Part shown: positions 27,999-38,154 of the stretch, piece after piece
How the letters are laid out: every line of letters begins with the position of its first letter
How positions within the stretch are numbered: the first letter of the stretch is position 1
Assembly: GCA_050289825.1 (NCBI GenBank)
Contig: JBNKGM010000006.1
Coordinates: forward strand, 13,298 to 77,297
Reading direction: 5' to 3'
Source of the DNA: Robiginitalea sp.
GTDB taxonomy: Bacteria > Bacteroidota > Bacteroidia > Flavobacteriales > Flavobacteriaceae
Length of the DNA: 64,000 nt
Made by a program: the position numbers and the translations under genes
The notes under the pieces: generated by a model
Told to the model about the DNA's origin: nothing
Databases searched by the model: none
Seen by the model: the letters and a program-made list of their open reading frames with translations, nothing else

Positions 27999-30900
27999 TT
28001 ATGCTTCGTTGGTATTGCGGACCTTAACCTGATAGAACACATTAGGCTGCGTACCTACATGCTCGAGCAGGTGGTACATGCGCGCATCGGCCTTCAGTTT
28101 TGATACCGCACTCTCCGGGTCGTTGATGTCTCCGAAAACGATAGCCCCGCTGTTGCAGGCGTTGGAGCAGGCGGTCTGGAATTCGTCGTCGGAAACAGGA
28201 CGGCCTTCGCGCTTGGCGTCGAGGATGGCCTTCTGGGTCAATTGGATACACCAGGAGCACTTCTCCATAACCCCGCGTGAGCGTACGACCACATCGGGAT
28301 TGAGCACCATTTTGCCCAGATCGTTATTCATGTTGTAATCGAACTCGTCGTTGTCGCTGTAGAGGAACCAGTTAAAGCGGCGCACCTTGTAGGGGCAGTT
28401 GTTGGCACAGTAACGGGTACCCACGCAGCGGTTGTAAGCCATCTGGTTGTGGCCCTGACGGCTGTGGATGGTGGCAGCCACGGGGCATACCGTTTCACAG
28501 GGGGCGTGGTTACAGTGCTGGCACATAACCGGCTGGAAAGCCACCTGCGGGTTGGCTGAGGGGTCTTCCATCTCCTCGAAGCCCGATTTGGATTCCAGGG
28601 CTCCAGAAAATTCGTCCTTCTTGATGTCGTCGGCCGCGAAGGTCTCCTCAGAAGAATAGTAGCGGTCGATGCGCAGCCAGTGCATGTCGCGTGAACGGCG
28701 TATCTCGCTTTTACCTACCACCGGTACGTTGTTTTCGGCGTGGCAGGCGATAACGCAGGCCCCGCAACCCGTACAGGCATTCAGGTCAATCGACATATTG
28801 AAGTGGTGGCCGATGGAACGGTCAAAGCTGTCCCAAAGGTCTACGGTGGTGGCAGGCACTTCGTTGTGGTCCAGAGAAACCATGGGCACCGGGTTCCAGT
28901 GGGCGGCGTCTTCGGTGTTGAAGATCTCCAGGGTGGTTTCCTTGATGATATCGCCACGGCCCATCAGCGTATTGTGCAGCTGTATGGAGGCAAACTCATG
29001 CATGCCTGCGGCTTTTTCAATAGTAACAGCCTGTTGGCGGCTGAAATCCTGGTACAGCACATAGGCATTCACCCCGGTCTGCATTTCCGATTTCATGCCG
29101 GCTTTCTTGCCATAACCCAGGGCAAGCCCCAGGGTTCCCTGAGCCTGTCCGGGTTGGATTATAACCGGAACCTGCGAGAGGGTAACACCCCCTACGGTCA
29201 GGTTTACATAGCTGCCGTCGAGGCCCCCGTTGGCAACGTGCTCGTTTACCAGGCCGAGGTCGGCGGCATCTTTCTTGGAAACGGTTACATAGTTGTCCCA
29301 TGACACCCGGGTAATGGGGTCGGGGAACTCCTGCAGCCAGGGGTTGCTCGCCTGACGCCCGTCTCCCATACCAGTCTTGGAATACAACACCAGGCTCATC
29401 CCCGACTCGGTGGCTCCGGCCAGACGGCGCACGGCTTCAGCAATGGCGGGAACTGCGGGAGCATCTGCCGGGGCAGCGCCTGCCGTGGCTTCTTTATCTG
29501 AAGCTGGGGCCGCTACCGTTTCGGGGTCGCTCATCGCCATTGCGCCGGGTACATAAACCCCATCGTGCAGGGCCTGGTTCCAGTCGCCTCCGGCCAAAAT
29601 GCCGGTATTCCAGGTTTCGCGTATATAATCGTACCAGCTCTGCTCAGAACCCATCCAGGCCAGCAGGCTTTGCTGCAGCTGACGGGTATCGAAAAGCTGA
29701 CGGATCACCGGCTGGGTAAGGCCGAAGTGTCCTTTTTTAATCTGGGTGTCGCCCCACGACTCGAGGTAATGGGAAGCAGCCCCTGTAAAGTTGCACAGCT
29801 CGGTGGTCTCGTTCCGGTTGGTCGAGAAGGCCACGGTAAGGTCTACGCTGGCCAGGGCTTCGGCAAATGCCGCGGCATTGGGCAGGGTATAGGCGGGGTT
29901 TACCCCGTCCATGATCAGGGCCCCTACCCGACCGGCCTGCATATCGGCGAGCAGTTGGGATACAGCCTGTTGGTTGCCCTGCCGCACGTAGCGGGGGGCC
30001 GCCGGATCAAAGGCCTCACTGCCCAGCATTTCATTGATGGCCAGCACTACGGCCTGGGCATCGACATCGTCGAGGCCCGACACCACAACGGCCTTGCCGC
30101 GTTTGGCGCCGATGGCACTCACCACCGAGTCGAGGGCCCGGGCAGCCGCTTCGGGCAATTCGCCTGAGGTACTGCTGCCATTCAAACGGGCGTACAAATG
30201 CGCCAGGGCTACTTTCTGGCCGGCCGGAGAAAGGGGAATGCGCTTATCGGCATTGGCCCCGGCGAGGCTCATGGTTGATTCAAACTGGATGTGGCGCGAC
30301 ATGGCGCCGTTTTTGGGCACGCGGCCTTTGGCATAGCCACTGTCGTAGCCGCCGCCCTGCCAGTCGCCCAGAATATCGGCCCCGAAAGACACGATGAGTT
30401 CGGCTTTGGCAAAATCGTAATCGGCCAGGGCGCGTTCGCCGTATTTGGCGGCATAGGCAGCCAGTGCCGCCTCTTCGCCAATGGCGTCGTAGGTAACGTG
30501 CTCAGTTCCCGGGAAAGCTTCCTGGAATTGGGCGATCAGGCGAGCCGTAGAAGGGCTGGCGTAGGTCTGCGTAAGCAATACGGCTTTCTTGCCCCCGCCC
30601 TGCAGGCTTGACAGTTTTGCTTTAACGGTGGCGTCGAGGGTGTCCCACTCCACATCGCCTTCGGCGCTGCGGGGCCCCTGGAGGCGGGTGCTGTCGTAGA
30701 GGGAAAGCACCGAGGCCTGTACCCGGGCGTTGGTCCCGCCCAGCACGCCGGCCTGCCGGTTTGCTTCTATCTTGATGGGCCGTCCTTCGCGGGTCTTCAC
30801 CAGGATGCTGGCAAAGTCGAAGCCGTCGGCCATGGTCGAGGCGTAATAGTTGGCTACACCCGGTACGATGCGCTCAGGCTGCATCACATAGGGGATGGAT

Positions 30901-31130
30901 TTACGAACCGGCCCCTCGCAGGCTGCCAGGGATGCGGCTGCAGTACTAAAGCCCACGTACTTGAGGAAGTCGCGACGGCTGGTCTGGCTCGAACCGAGCT
31001 GCTCCTTATCCCCGAGAAAGGCGTCGACCGGGATTTCTTCCGGGAATTCGTTTTGTCTCAGCTTCTCAACAATGGAATCGTTCGGGGAGAGTTCCGCCTC
31101 GCTTTTCCAATATTTCTTGTTTGATGCCAT
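27999..31130 (-). CDS. actB: Alternative complex III subunit B (molybdopterin-oxidoreductase-like plus Fe-S domain)
   Basis: KKYWKS N-terminus with an internal SRRDFLK Tat motif. Fe-S motifs CTGCGAC, CQHCNHAPCETVC, CVGTRYCANNC. Confidence 0.94.
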   Translation of the reverse strand: MASNKKYWKSEAELSPNDSIVEKLRQNEFPEEIPVDAFLGDKEQLGSSQTSRRDFLKYVGFSTAAASLAACEGPVRKSIPYVMQPERIVPGVANYYASTMADGFDFASILVKTREGRPIKIEANRQAGVLGGTNARVQASVLSLYDSTRLQGPRSAEGDVEWDTLDATVKAKLSSLQGGGKKAVLLTQTYASPSTARLIAQFQEAFPGTEHVTYDAIGEEAALAAYAAKYGERALADYDFAKAELIVSFGADILGDWQGGGYDSGYAKGRVPKNGAMSRHIQFESTMSLAGANADKRIPLSPAGQKVALAHLYARLNGSSTSGELPEAAARALDSVVSAIGAKRGKAVVVSGLDDVDAQAVVLAINEMLGSEAFDPAAPRYVRQGNQQAVSQLLADMQAGRVGALIMDGVNPAYTLPNAAAFAEALASVDLTVAFSTNRNETTELCNFTGAASHYLESWGDTQIKKGHFGLTQPVIRQLFDTRQLQQSLLAWMGSEQSWYDYIRETWNTGILAGGDWNQALHDGVYVPGAMAMSDPETVAAPASDKEATAGAAPADAPAVPAIAEAVRRLAGATESGMSLVLYSKTGMGDGRQASNPWLQEFPDPITRVSWDNYVTVSKKDAADLGLVNEHVANGGLDGSYVNLTVGGVTLSQVPVIIQPGQAQGTLGLALGYGKKAGMKSEMQTGVNAYVLYQDFSRQQAVTIEKAAGMHEFASIQLHNTLMGRGDIIKETTLEIFNTEDAAHWNPVPMVSLDHNEVPATTVDLWDSFDRSIGHHFNMSIDLNACTGCGACVIACHAENNVPVVGKSEIRRSRDMHWLRIDRYYSSEETFAADDIKKDEFSGALESKSGFEEMEDPSANPQVAFQPVMCQHCNHAPCETVCPVAATIHSRQGHNQMAYNRCVGTRYCANNCPYKVRRFNWFLYSDNDEFDYNMNNDLGKMVLNPDVVVRSRGVMEKCSWCIQLTQKAILDAKREGRPVSDDEFQTACSNACNSGAIVFGDINDPESAVSKLKADARMYHLLEHVGTQPNVFYQVKVRNTNEA

Positions 31131-31162
31131 ATGCATTCTGTCTAATTAGCTGCTTTGGTTGA

Positions 31163-32527
31163 TTAGTAGTGGCACTTGCCGCATTCCAGGCCTCCCATCT
31201 GGGCAGCCGTTACTTTTTCTACTCCGTATTTCTTGGCCAGTTCTTCGTGGATCTTCTCGTAGTAGGCATTGCCTTCCATCTGTACGTTGGTTGTACGGTG
31301 GCAATTGACGCACCAGCCCATGGTAAGGGGCGAGAACTGATACATGATTTCCATTTCCTGTACCGGCCCGTGGCAGGTCTGGCACTCAATCTTGCCCACG
31401 GTTACGTGCTGGGCGTGGTTGAAATAGGCAAAATCGGGCAGGTTGTGGATGCGCACCCACTCCACCGGCTTGGAATCGCCAGTATAGCGCTGGTTTTGCT
31501 CGTCCCAGCCCACGGCGGCGTACAATTTTTTGATCTCGCCGGTATAGAATTCGTTGGTGTACCCTTTGGCCAGGTCTTCGGCAGAGGGCCCTTCGGGGTT
31601 CCCCTTGTATTCGTAGATCGACTTGTGGCAGTTCATACACACATTGAGCGACGGAATTCCCGAAGTTTTGGAAACACGGGCCGAAGAGTGGCAGTACTTG
31701 CAATCGATGCCGTTGTCGCCAGCGTGGATTTTGTGCGAGTAGTGGATGGGCTGTATGGGCATATAACCCTGGTCAACGCCTATCTGCATCATCCAGCCAT
31801 AGGCGAAGTAAGCGCCGGCAAGCAACATGAAGATGGCAGTGACCAGCACCAGAAACTGGTTCTGGGCAAAAGCCTTCCAGAGGGGCAGGCCTTTCTCGGC
31901 CTTCTCCTTTTCCACCGCGACCCCGTTGGCCTCGGCAATGCGCCTCAGAGTCTTGTTGACCAGGAAGAGCATCATCACCAGCAGGGCGAATACCAGGGCG
32001 AGGGCGCCTAAAATCAATTCGTTGGAAATGCCCTGGGAACCACCGGCCGCAACCTCTCCGGCTGCAGGGGCTGCCGCGGCCACCGGCGCGGGTGGCGGGG
32101 CTTCGGCATACGCCAAAATATCGTTGATATCCTGGTTGCTCAGGGTCGGGAAGGGCGTCATGGCAGCCTGGTTGTATTCCCCGTAGATGCGGTTTGCATA
32201 GGCATCCCCAGAAGCAATTACACCTGGGCTGTTCTTGACCCAGGCGTAAATCCACTCACAATCGAGGCCTTCCTGCTCCGAAAGCCGGGTGGCCACCCCG
32301 CCAAGAGCGGGGCCGGTCATTTTCCGGTCGAGTGCGTGGCAGGCCGCACAGTTCTGGTTGAACAATTGCTTTCCCTTGACCGGATCCCCAGGGCCGCAAA
32401 GGCTACCCGAGCCGCCGTCGGCAGCAGCCTGATCTTGAGCAGAAAGGGTCGGGGTAAACAGAAGGGAAACGACTAGACAAAAACCAGTAATCGCGATAAA
32501 CGGTTGGCGGTTCTGAACCTTTTTCAT
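31163..32527 (-). CDS. actA: Alternative complex III subunit A (six CxxCH motifs)
   Basis: CAACH, CKYCH, CMNCH, CQTCH, CVNCH and CGKCH counted in the translation. Confidence 0.93.
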   Translation of the reverse strand: MKKVQNRQPFIAITGFCLVVSLLFTPTLSAQDQAAADGGSGSLCGPGDPVKGKQLFNQNCAACHALDRKMTGPALGGVATRLSEQEGLDCEWIYAWVKNSPGVIASGDAYANRIYGEYNQAAMTPFPTLSNQDINDILAYAEAPPPAPVAAAAPAAGEVAAGGSQGISNELILGALALVFALLVMMLFLVNKTLRRIAEANGVAVEKEKAEKGLPLWKAFAQNQFLVLVTAIFMLLAGAYFAYGWMMQIGVDQGYMPIQPIHYSHKIHAGDNGIDCKYCHSSARVSKTSGIPSLNVCMNCHKSIYEYKGNPEGPSAEDLAKGYTNEFYTGEIKKLYAAVGWDEQNQRYTGDSKPVEWVRIHNLPDFAYFNHAQHVTVGKIECQTCHGPVQEMEIMYQFSPLTMGWCVNCHRTTNVQMEGNAYYEKIHEELAKKYGVEKVTAAQMGGLECGKCHY

Positions 32528-32699
32528 GTGTTGGCGTTCAATATTTCTGGAGCTCTGTCTACCGGCCTACAAGCTTGGCACGCTTTTCGCAACCCTTACT
32601 CATACGGCCCGTCAGGCAGGCTATTTAGTCCTGTTTTTTGGCTAAAAACGGCGCAAAACAGCGAGATTTCGGGCCCCTTTTTTTGCGCTAAATTGTCAG

Positions 32700-32707
32700 C
32701 AAAAATA
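32700..32707 (-). promoter_or_regulatory. -7 promoter box (TATTTTTG) for the act-cta operon
   Basis: Exact TAnnTTTG match in the AT-rich divergent intergenic region. Confidence 0.5.
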
Positions 32708-32740
32708 AGACTTTGACTTTATTCTGAAAATCTTAAAGGT

Positions 32741-32774
32741 TTTATAATTTATAATTTATAAACGTTCTAAATAA
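32741..32774. promoter_or_regulatory. (TTTATAA)x3 overlapping the imperfect palindrome ATTTATAAACGTTCTAAAT; candidate operator
   Basis: Read directly from the sequence between the divergent actA and SPOR promoters. Confidence 0.45.
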
Positions 32775-32845
32775 TGGGTGTGAATGCCGTGAAAAGCCCC
32801 AAAAAAGGTACATTTAGCACCTGTGATACTCAAGAGAAATACCCT

Positions 32846-33214
32846 ATGAAAAAGGTAGTTTTTACGATGGTTTTACTGGTGGTCGCCAGCTCGGCAGGCC
32901 TGGCACAGGATGGCCGCGTTACTGTCGAACAGGATCCGGCCATCGGCAAACTGCTCGCGATCTATACCAAGGGCAATTCCGACACCCAATACTATACTAT
33001 TCAGATAGGATTTGGCTCCTTTTCCATGGCCGAGCAACTCAAGGCCGAAGCTGAAATCGATTTCCCCGACTGGCCTGCCAAGATCGTCTTCGATTCGCCT
33101 ACCTACCGGGTGCAGGTGGGCCGCTTCCGCAACCGCCTCGATGCCGAGCGCGAATTCGCGGAGGTGCGCAAGAAATACCCGGGGGCCCTGCTGCTAAGGC
33201 CCGGAGACCGGTAG
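32846..33214 (+). CDS. SPOR-domain exported protein
   Basis: Signal peptide MKKVVF..., YYTIQIGFG and PTYRVQVGRFRNRLDAER. Confidence 0.88.
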   Translation: MKKVVFTMVLLVVASSAGLAQDGRVTVEQDPAIGKLLAIYTKGNSDTQYYTIQIGFGSFSMAEQLKAEAEIDFPDWPAKIVFDSPTYRVQVGRFRNRLDAEREFAEVRKKYPGALLLRPGDR

Positions 33215-33325
33215 GAAGCACCCAATTCCAATACCTTTTGCCCACTGAGTTCTTGACGCATGTCATCCGCTACCTCCAGTCTTCAGACTGGTGTTTCTTG
33301 AAACCCCATCCAGCCGGTTAAACCC

Positions 33326-33357
33326 AAAAAAAAGCCGCCAATCCGAAGACTGGCGGC
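33326..33357 (-). terminator. Intrinsic terminator after infB
   Basis: Minus strand reads GCCGCCAGTC-TTCG-GATTGGCGGC-T8. Confidence 0.85.
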
Positions 33358-33389
33358 AGTTTATGATTAGCATATTTACTAATTGCCAA

Positions 33390-33421
33390 ATTAGCACATT
33401 AGCACATTAGCACATTAGCAC
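33390..33421 (+). repeat. Tandem repeat (ATTAGCAC)x4
   Basis: Four perfect 8-bp copies immediately after the infB stop codon. Confidence 0.9.
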
Positions 33422-33426
33422 ATTAA

Positions 33427-36120
33427 TTAAAGCGTCTTTTTGACGGCTACTTCCTGGAAGGCTTCTATGATATCGCCCTCGTGAATGTCGTTGTAGTTCT
33501 TGACCTGCATCCCGCAGTCGTACCCCTTGGAAACTTCCTTCACATCGTCTTTGAAACGCTTCAGAGAGGCCAGCTCGCCGGTGTAGATTACTACCCCGTC
33601 GCGAATCAGGCGCACCTGCGAATTGCGGAACACCTTTCCTGAGGTGACCATACATCCTGCGATGGTACCTACTTTGGAGACTTTGAAGATTTCGCGGATC
33701 TCGGCCGTACCGGTAACCTCTTCCTTCATCTCGGGCGAAAGCATCCCTTCCATGGCGTCTTTAACGTCATTGATGGCGTCGTAGATGATGGAGTACATGC
33801 GGATGTCGATCTCCTCCTTGTCGGCCAAGTCACGGGCGTTGCCCATGGGCCGTACGTTAAAGCCGATGATGATGGCGTCGGAGGCCGAGGCCAAGAGCAC
33901 GTCCGATTCGGTAATGGCGCCCACCCCTTTGTGGATGATGTTCACCTGTATCTCTTCTGTGGAAAGCTTCTGGAACGAGTCGGATAGGGCTTCCACAGAA
34001 CCGTCCACGTCTCCTTTCAGGATAATGTTGAGCTCCTTGAATTCGCCCAGGGCGATACGGCGGCCAATCTCGTCGAGGGTGATGTGGCGCTGGGTGCGAA
34101 CCGATTGTTCGCGCTGCAGCTGGGACCGTCTGGCCGCGATTTGCTTGGCCTCGCGCTCGTCTTCGAGCACGTTAAATTTATCACCCGCCTGGGGTGCGCC
34201 GTCTAACCCGAGCACCGAGATGGGGGTGGCCGGACCGGCTTTCTTTATTACTTTACCGCGCTCGTCGTGCATGGCACGCACCTTACCGCTGCAGGTACCG
34301 GCCAACATATAGTCACCTATCTGAAGGGTACCGTTTTCTACCAGTACGGTGGCCACATACCCCCGGCCTTTGTCGAGGAAGGCTTCCACAACAGTGCCCG
34401 AAGCCAGCCTGTCAGGGTTGGCCTTCAGTTCGAGCAGTTCGGCTTCAAGAAGTACTTTCTCGAGCAATTCGGCCACCCCTTTGCCGGTTTTGGCAGAGAT
34501 GTCGTGCGACTGGATTTTTCCACCCCAGTCTTCTACGAGCAGGTTCATATTGGCCAGCCCCTCCTTGATCTTTTCAGGGTTGGCGGTGGGCTTATCTATC
34601 TTGTTGATGGCAAAGACCAGGGGTACGCCGGCTGCCTGGGCGTGGCTGATGGCCTCCTTGGTCTGCGGCATGATGTCGTCGTCGGCTGCCACCACGATAA
34701 TGGCGATGTCGGTTACCTGGGCACCCCTCGCCCGCATGGCGGTAAAGGCCTCGTGGCCCGGGGTATCGAGGAAGGTGATTTTCTGCCCATTTTCCAGGGT
34801 TACCCCGTAGGCACCGATGTGCTGGGTAATACCCCCACTCTCCCCGGCAATAACGTTCTCTTTGCGGATGTAGTCGAGCAGGGAGGTTTTACCGTGGTCT
34901 ACGTGACCCATTACGGTAACAATGGGCGCTCTTGCCTTGAGATCTTCTGGGGCATCGGGTTCTTCCTCGATGGCCTGTTCGATATCGGCGGTTACAAACT
35001 CCACTTCAAAGCCGAACTCATCGGCCACGATGCTCAGGGTTTCGGCGTCGAGGCGCTGGTTCATGGTAACCATGATACCCAGCGACATACAGGCCGAGAT
35101 AATCTCTGTGGTAGGCACGCCCATCATGGTGGCCACCTCGCCCGCGGTAACGAATTCGGTTACCTTTAGGATTTTACTTTCCAGTTCCTGCTGCTCCAGA
35201 TCCTTCTCGGTCTGCTGGCGGTGCAGGTCTCGCTTGTCTCTGCGGTATTTGGCGCCTTTGCCCTTCTTGGTTTTGCCCTGGAGTTTTTCAAGGGTTTCCC
35301 GCACCTGCTTTTGCACTTCTTCTTCGGTAGGCTCAACCTTGGGAGCGGCAAAACGTTGCTTCTTGGCACCGGGCTTTCCGCGGCCTCCCGGTTCAGCCTT
35401 GCTGGCAATACGGCGGCGGCGGCGTTTGCGGTCGCTGTCGTCCTTGGCGTCTTCCTTTTTCTTTTTGGCGGTCTCGAACTTCGAAAGATCGATCTTATCC
35501 TTGATCTTGGGTCCGGAGAGCTTCTGGTATTCGGTCTCGTGTTTCTCTGGCTCTGCCGGTGCTTCGGGCTTCGCCGCCACTGGTGCAGGGGCCGGGGCCT
35601 TAGGCGGGGCCGGGGCCGGAGCCGGAGCCGGAGCTGGTTCCTGCTTTTTAACGGCAGGCTTTTTGACTTCTTCTTGCTTGACTTCCGCCTTTTCGGCTTC
35701 GGCCTTCTTTACTTCCGGCTTGGGCGCTTCCACTTCAGCCTTCTTGGGGGCAGGGGCGTCCAGATCAATTTTACCAACGGTCTTGGGGCCGGCCAGTTCC
35801 ACACGGGCCTTTACCACCTCCGTTTCGACCTGCCGCTTCTCGCGGGCAACGCGCCGTTCTTCCTGCTCCTGTTCGAGCTGTATCCGGATGGCTTCCTTCT
35901 CCTTCCGCTTCTCCTCCCCTATCTCTTTGGAGGCAACCTTTCTGCTTTTGTCCGAACGGAACTCATCCAGTAAAACCTGGTATACCTCATCGGAAATTTT
36001 AGTGGTAGGACGTGCCTCTACCTGGTGGCCTTTGGAGGCCAGGTAGTCTACCGCCCTGTCCAATGAGATGTTGAGTTCCCTGAGGACTTTGTTAAGCCTT
36101 ATGGTTGCATTATCTGCCAT
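33427..36120 (-). CDS. infB: Translation initiation factor IF-2
   Basis: [20 protein letters not shown] and NKID GTPase motifs; Pro/Ala-rich N-terminal linker. Confidence 0.98.
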   Translation of the reverse strand: MADNATIRLNKVLRELNISLDRAVDYLASKGHQVEARPTTKISDEVYQVLLDEFRSDKSRKVASKEIGEEKRKEKEAIRIQLEQEQEERRVAREKRQVETEVVKARVELAGPKTVGKIDLDAPAPKKAEVEAPKPEVKKAEAEKAEVKQEEVKKPAVKKQEPAPAPAPAPAPPKAPAPAPVAAKPEAPAEPEKHETEYQKLSGPKIKDKIDLSKFETAKKKKEDAKDDSDRKRRRRRIASKAEPGGRGKPGAKKQRFAAPKVEPTEEEVQKQVRETLEKLQGKTKKGKGAKYRRDKRDLHRQQTEKDLEQQELESKILKVTEFVTAGEVATMMGVPTTEIISACMSLGIMVTMNQRLDAETLSIVADEFGFEVEFVTADIEQAIEEEPDAPEDLKARAPIVTVMGHVDHGKTSLLDYIRKENVIAGESGGITQHIGAYGVTLENGQKITFLDTPGHEAFTAMRARGAQVTDIAIIVVAADDDIMPQTKEAISHAQAAGVPLVFAINKIDKPTANPEKIKEGLANMNLLVEDWGGKIQSHDISAKTGKGVAELLEKVLLEAELLELKANPDRLASGTVVEAFLDKGRGYVATVLVENGTLQIGDYMLAGTCSGKVRAMHDERGKVIKKAGPATPISVLGLDGAPQAGDKFNVLEDEREAKQIAARRSQLQREQSVRTQRHITLDEIGRRIALGEFKELNIILKGDVDGSVEALSDSFQKLSTEEIQVNIIHKGVGAITESDVLLASASDAIIIGFNVRPMGNARDLADKEEIDIRMYSIIYDAINDVKDAMEGMLSPEMKEEVTGTAEIREIFKVSKVGTIAGCMVTSGKVFRNSQVRLIRDGVVIYTGELASLKRFKDDVKEVSKGYDCGMQVKNYNDIHEGDIIEAFQEVAVKKTL

Positions 36121-36166
36121 AAAATGAAATCCTTCGTGCTTCTAAATAAAAGTGCTAATATATAGC

Positions 36167-37399
36167 TTAATCTTCAAATTCTTCTTTCAGGATGCGCATC
36201 ACATCCAAAATGGTTTCCTCTTCCAGATCGGTGCGTTTCACCAGGTCGTCGACGTCTTGCTCGAGTACGGCACGGGCCGTATCGAGGCCGATCTTGCGCA
36301 GCTCTTCGATGATCCATTCCTCGATTTCGTCGCGGAATTCGGTGAGCTCCACATCTTCTTCAACCCCTTCGCGGAACACGTCTATCTCATAGCCGGTGAG
36401 CTGCCCTGCCAGGCGGATATTGTGCCCGCCGCGGCCAATGGCCTTGGAAACCTCTTCGGGCTTCAGGTACACCTGGGCCGTTTTGTTTTCTTCATCCAGT
36501 TTTACCTGGGTAACACGGGCCGGGCTCAGGGCGCGGGTAACCATAAGCTGGGTGTTGTTGGTCCAGTTGATCACGTCGATGTTCTCATTGCCCAGTTCGC
36601 GTACAATCCCGTGGATGCGCGAGCCCTTCATACCCACACAAGCCCCAACCGGGTCTATGCGGTCGTCGTAGGAATCCACGGCCACCTTGGCCTTTTCGCC
36701 CGGAATGCGAACGGCTTTCTTGATGGTGATAAGACCGTCGAACACCTCGGGGATTTCCTGATGGAACAGTTGCTCCAGGAATACCGGGGAAGTCCGCGAC
36801 ATGATGATAAGGGGCTTGTTCCCCTTCAGCTCCACGCTTTCGATGATGCCCCGCACGTTGTCTCCCTTGCGGAAGAAATCGGAAGGGATCTGTTTTTCCT
36901 TCGGCAAAATAATCTCATTGCCCTCATCGTCGAGCAGGATGATGGCCTTGTGGCGGATGTGATGCACCTCGGCGGTGTAGATCTCGCCTTCCAGGTCTTT
37001 GAACTGCTTGTAGATAGTGGTATTGTCGTGCTCGTGGATCTTGGCGATCAGGTTCTGGCGCAGGGCCAGGATGGAGCGGCGGCCCAGGTCGATGAGCTTC
37101 ACTTCCTCAGACACGTCTTCACCCACCTCGAAATCGGGTTCGATCTTGCGGGCTGCAGACAGGGAAATCTCCTCATTGGGTTCTTCTACCTCCCCGTCGG
37201 GCACCACCACCCGGTTCCTCCAAATCTCAAGGTCACCCTTGTCGGGGTTGATGATGATGTCAAAATTGTCGTCGGAGCCGAATTTGCGTTTCAGCGCTGC
37301 CCGGAAAACTTCCTCCAGGATGGCCATAAGGGTCACGCGGTCAATGAACTTGTCGTCCTTGAACTCGGAGAAAGATTCGATTAATGCGAGATTTTCCAT
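36167..37399 (-). CDS. nusA: Transcription termination/antitermination factor NusA
   Basis: S1 and KH motifs (RIPGEKAKVAV, DPVGACVGMKGSRI, AIGRGGHNIRLA). Confidence 0.98.
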   Translation of the reverse strand: MENLALIESFSEFKDDKFIDRVTLMAILEEVFRAALKRKFGSDDNFDIIINPDKGDLEIWRNRVVVPDGEVEEPNEEISLSAARKIEPDFEVGEDVSEEVKLIDLGRRSILALRQNLIAKIHEHDNTTIYKQFKDLEGEIYTAEVHHIRHKAIILLDDEGNEIILPKEKQIPSDFFRKGDNVRGIIESVELKGNKPLIIMSRTSPVFLEQLFHQEIPEVFDGLITIKKAVRIPGEKAKVAVDSYDDRIDPVGACVGMKGSRIHGIVRELGNENIDVINWTNNTQLMVTRALSPARVTQVKLDEENKTAQVYLKPEEVSKAIGRGGHNIRLAGQLTGYEIDVFREGVEEDVELTEFRDEIEEWIIEELRKIGLDTARAVLEQDVDDLVKRTDLEEETILDVMRILKEEFED

Positions 37400-37417
37400 T
37401 CTTAAACTAAAATACCG

Positions 37418-37891
37418 TTAGAATTTTAAAACAACTTTTGCCTGTTCGATGTCGGAGAAGGGAATATGGGCCTCCTTCCGAACCGTATGTTTCCCCTTGC
37501 CTACCGGCTTGGGTTCCCGGGCCTTCCAGCCCAGGGTGATCTGTTTTTCATCTGCCGCCAGCAAAGTCCCTTCGGTTGTAACGCCTCCGTGGACCACCTC
37601 AAGGGTGCGTCCCACATGCTGGCCGTATTGCCTGGGCAATTGCAGGGGAGCCGAAGCGCCTGCAGAACCTACTTCGAGCGAGAAATCGAATTCTTCCCGG
37701 TCGAGGGAGTGCTCTACAGCCCGGCTGATATCCATGCAATCGTGCAGGTTTACCCCCTTGTCGCCGTCGAGGGTAACCCTGATAACCTGACCGGGGCTCA
37801 CCTTGAGCTCGAGCAGGAAAAGGTCGGGCCTTCCTGCCAGGGCCTCTTCCAGAAGGGCGCTAACGCGCTGCTGCAACCGATTGCCTTCCAT
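37418..37891 (-). CDS. rimP: Ribosome maturation factor RimP
   Basis: LDGDKGVNLHDCMDISR, FSLEVGSAG. Start moved to ATG 37891, downstream of the promoter and leader. Confidence 0.93.
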   Translation of the reverse strand: MEGNRLQQRVSALLEEALAGRPDLFLLELKVSPGQVIRVTLDGDKGVNLHDCMDISRAVEHSLDREEFDFSLEVGSAGASAPLQLPRQYGQHVGRTLEVVHGGVTTEGTLLAADEKQITLGWKAREPKPVGKGKHTVRKEAHIPFSDIEQAKVVLKF

Positions 37892-37921
37892 AGAACTTGT
37901 CACTTTAAAAATATCGGTAAT

Positions 37922-37984
37922 AAAAGAGGGGACTCCGGGTCCCCTCATCGAATAACCAATTATTCTATAAGTGCCGCAAATATA
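37922..37984 (-). promoter_or_regulatory. rimP promoter (TATATTTG, 37977-37984) and terminator-like leader hairpin (37922-37946)
   Basis: GAGGGGAC-CCGGA-GTCCCCTC-TTTTATT lies between the promoter and the start codon. Confidence 0.6.
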
Positions 37985-38154
37985 CGACTTTTTTCTGGAA
38001 AAGCTAATACAGAACGCCTTAAGAATTTTTTTGGCCCGGCAACCCCCGGCCTGGCAGCGCATCGGAAGATACAGGCCGTGAGGGTGGTTTTTGAAGGCTT
38101 CGCTAGTTGGCGAATTTACTAATTTGCCTATCGGATTAAGTCACCATAAAACAT

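Noticed and set aside
33390-33421. CRISPR array
   Set aside because: The 8-bp units have no spacers and there are no cas genes; it is a simple tandem repeat.
35570-35640. GC-rich repeats encoding PAPAPAP in infB
   Set aside because: Ordinary low-complexity IF2 linker, not a DNA repeat element.
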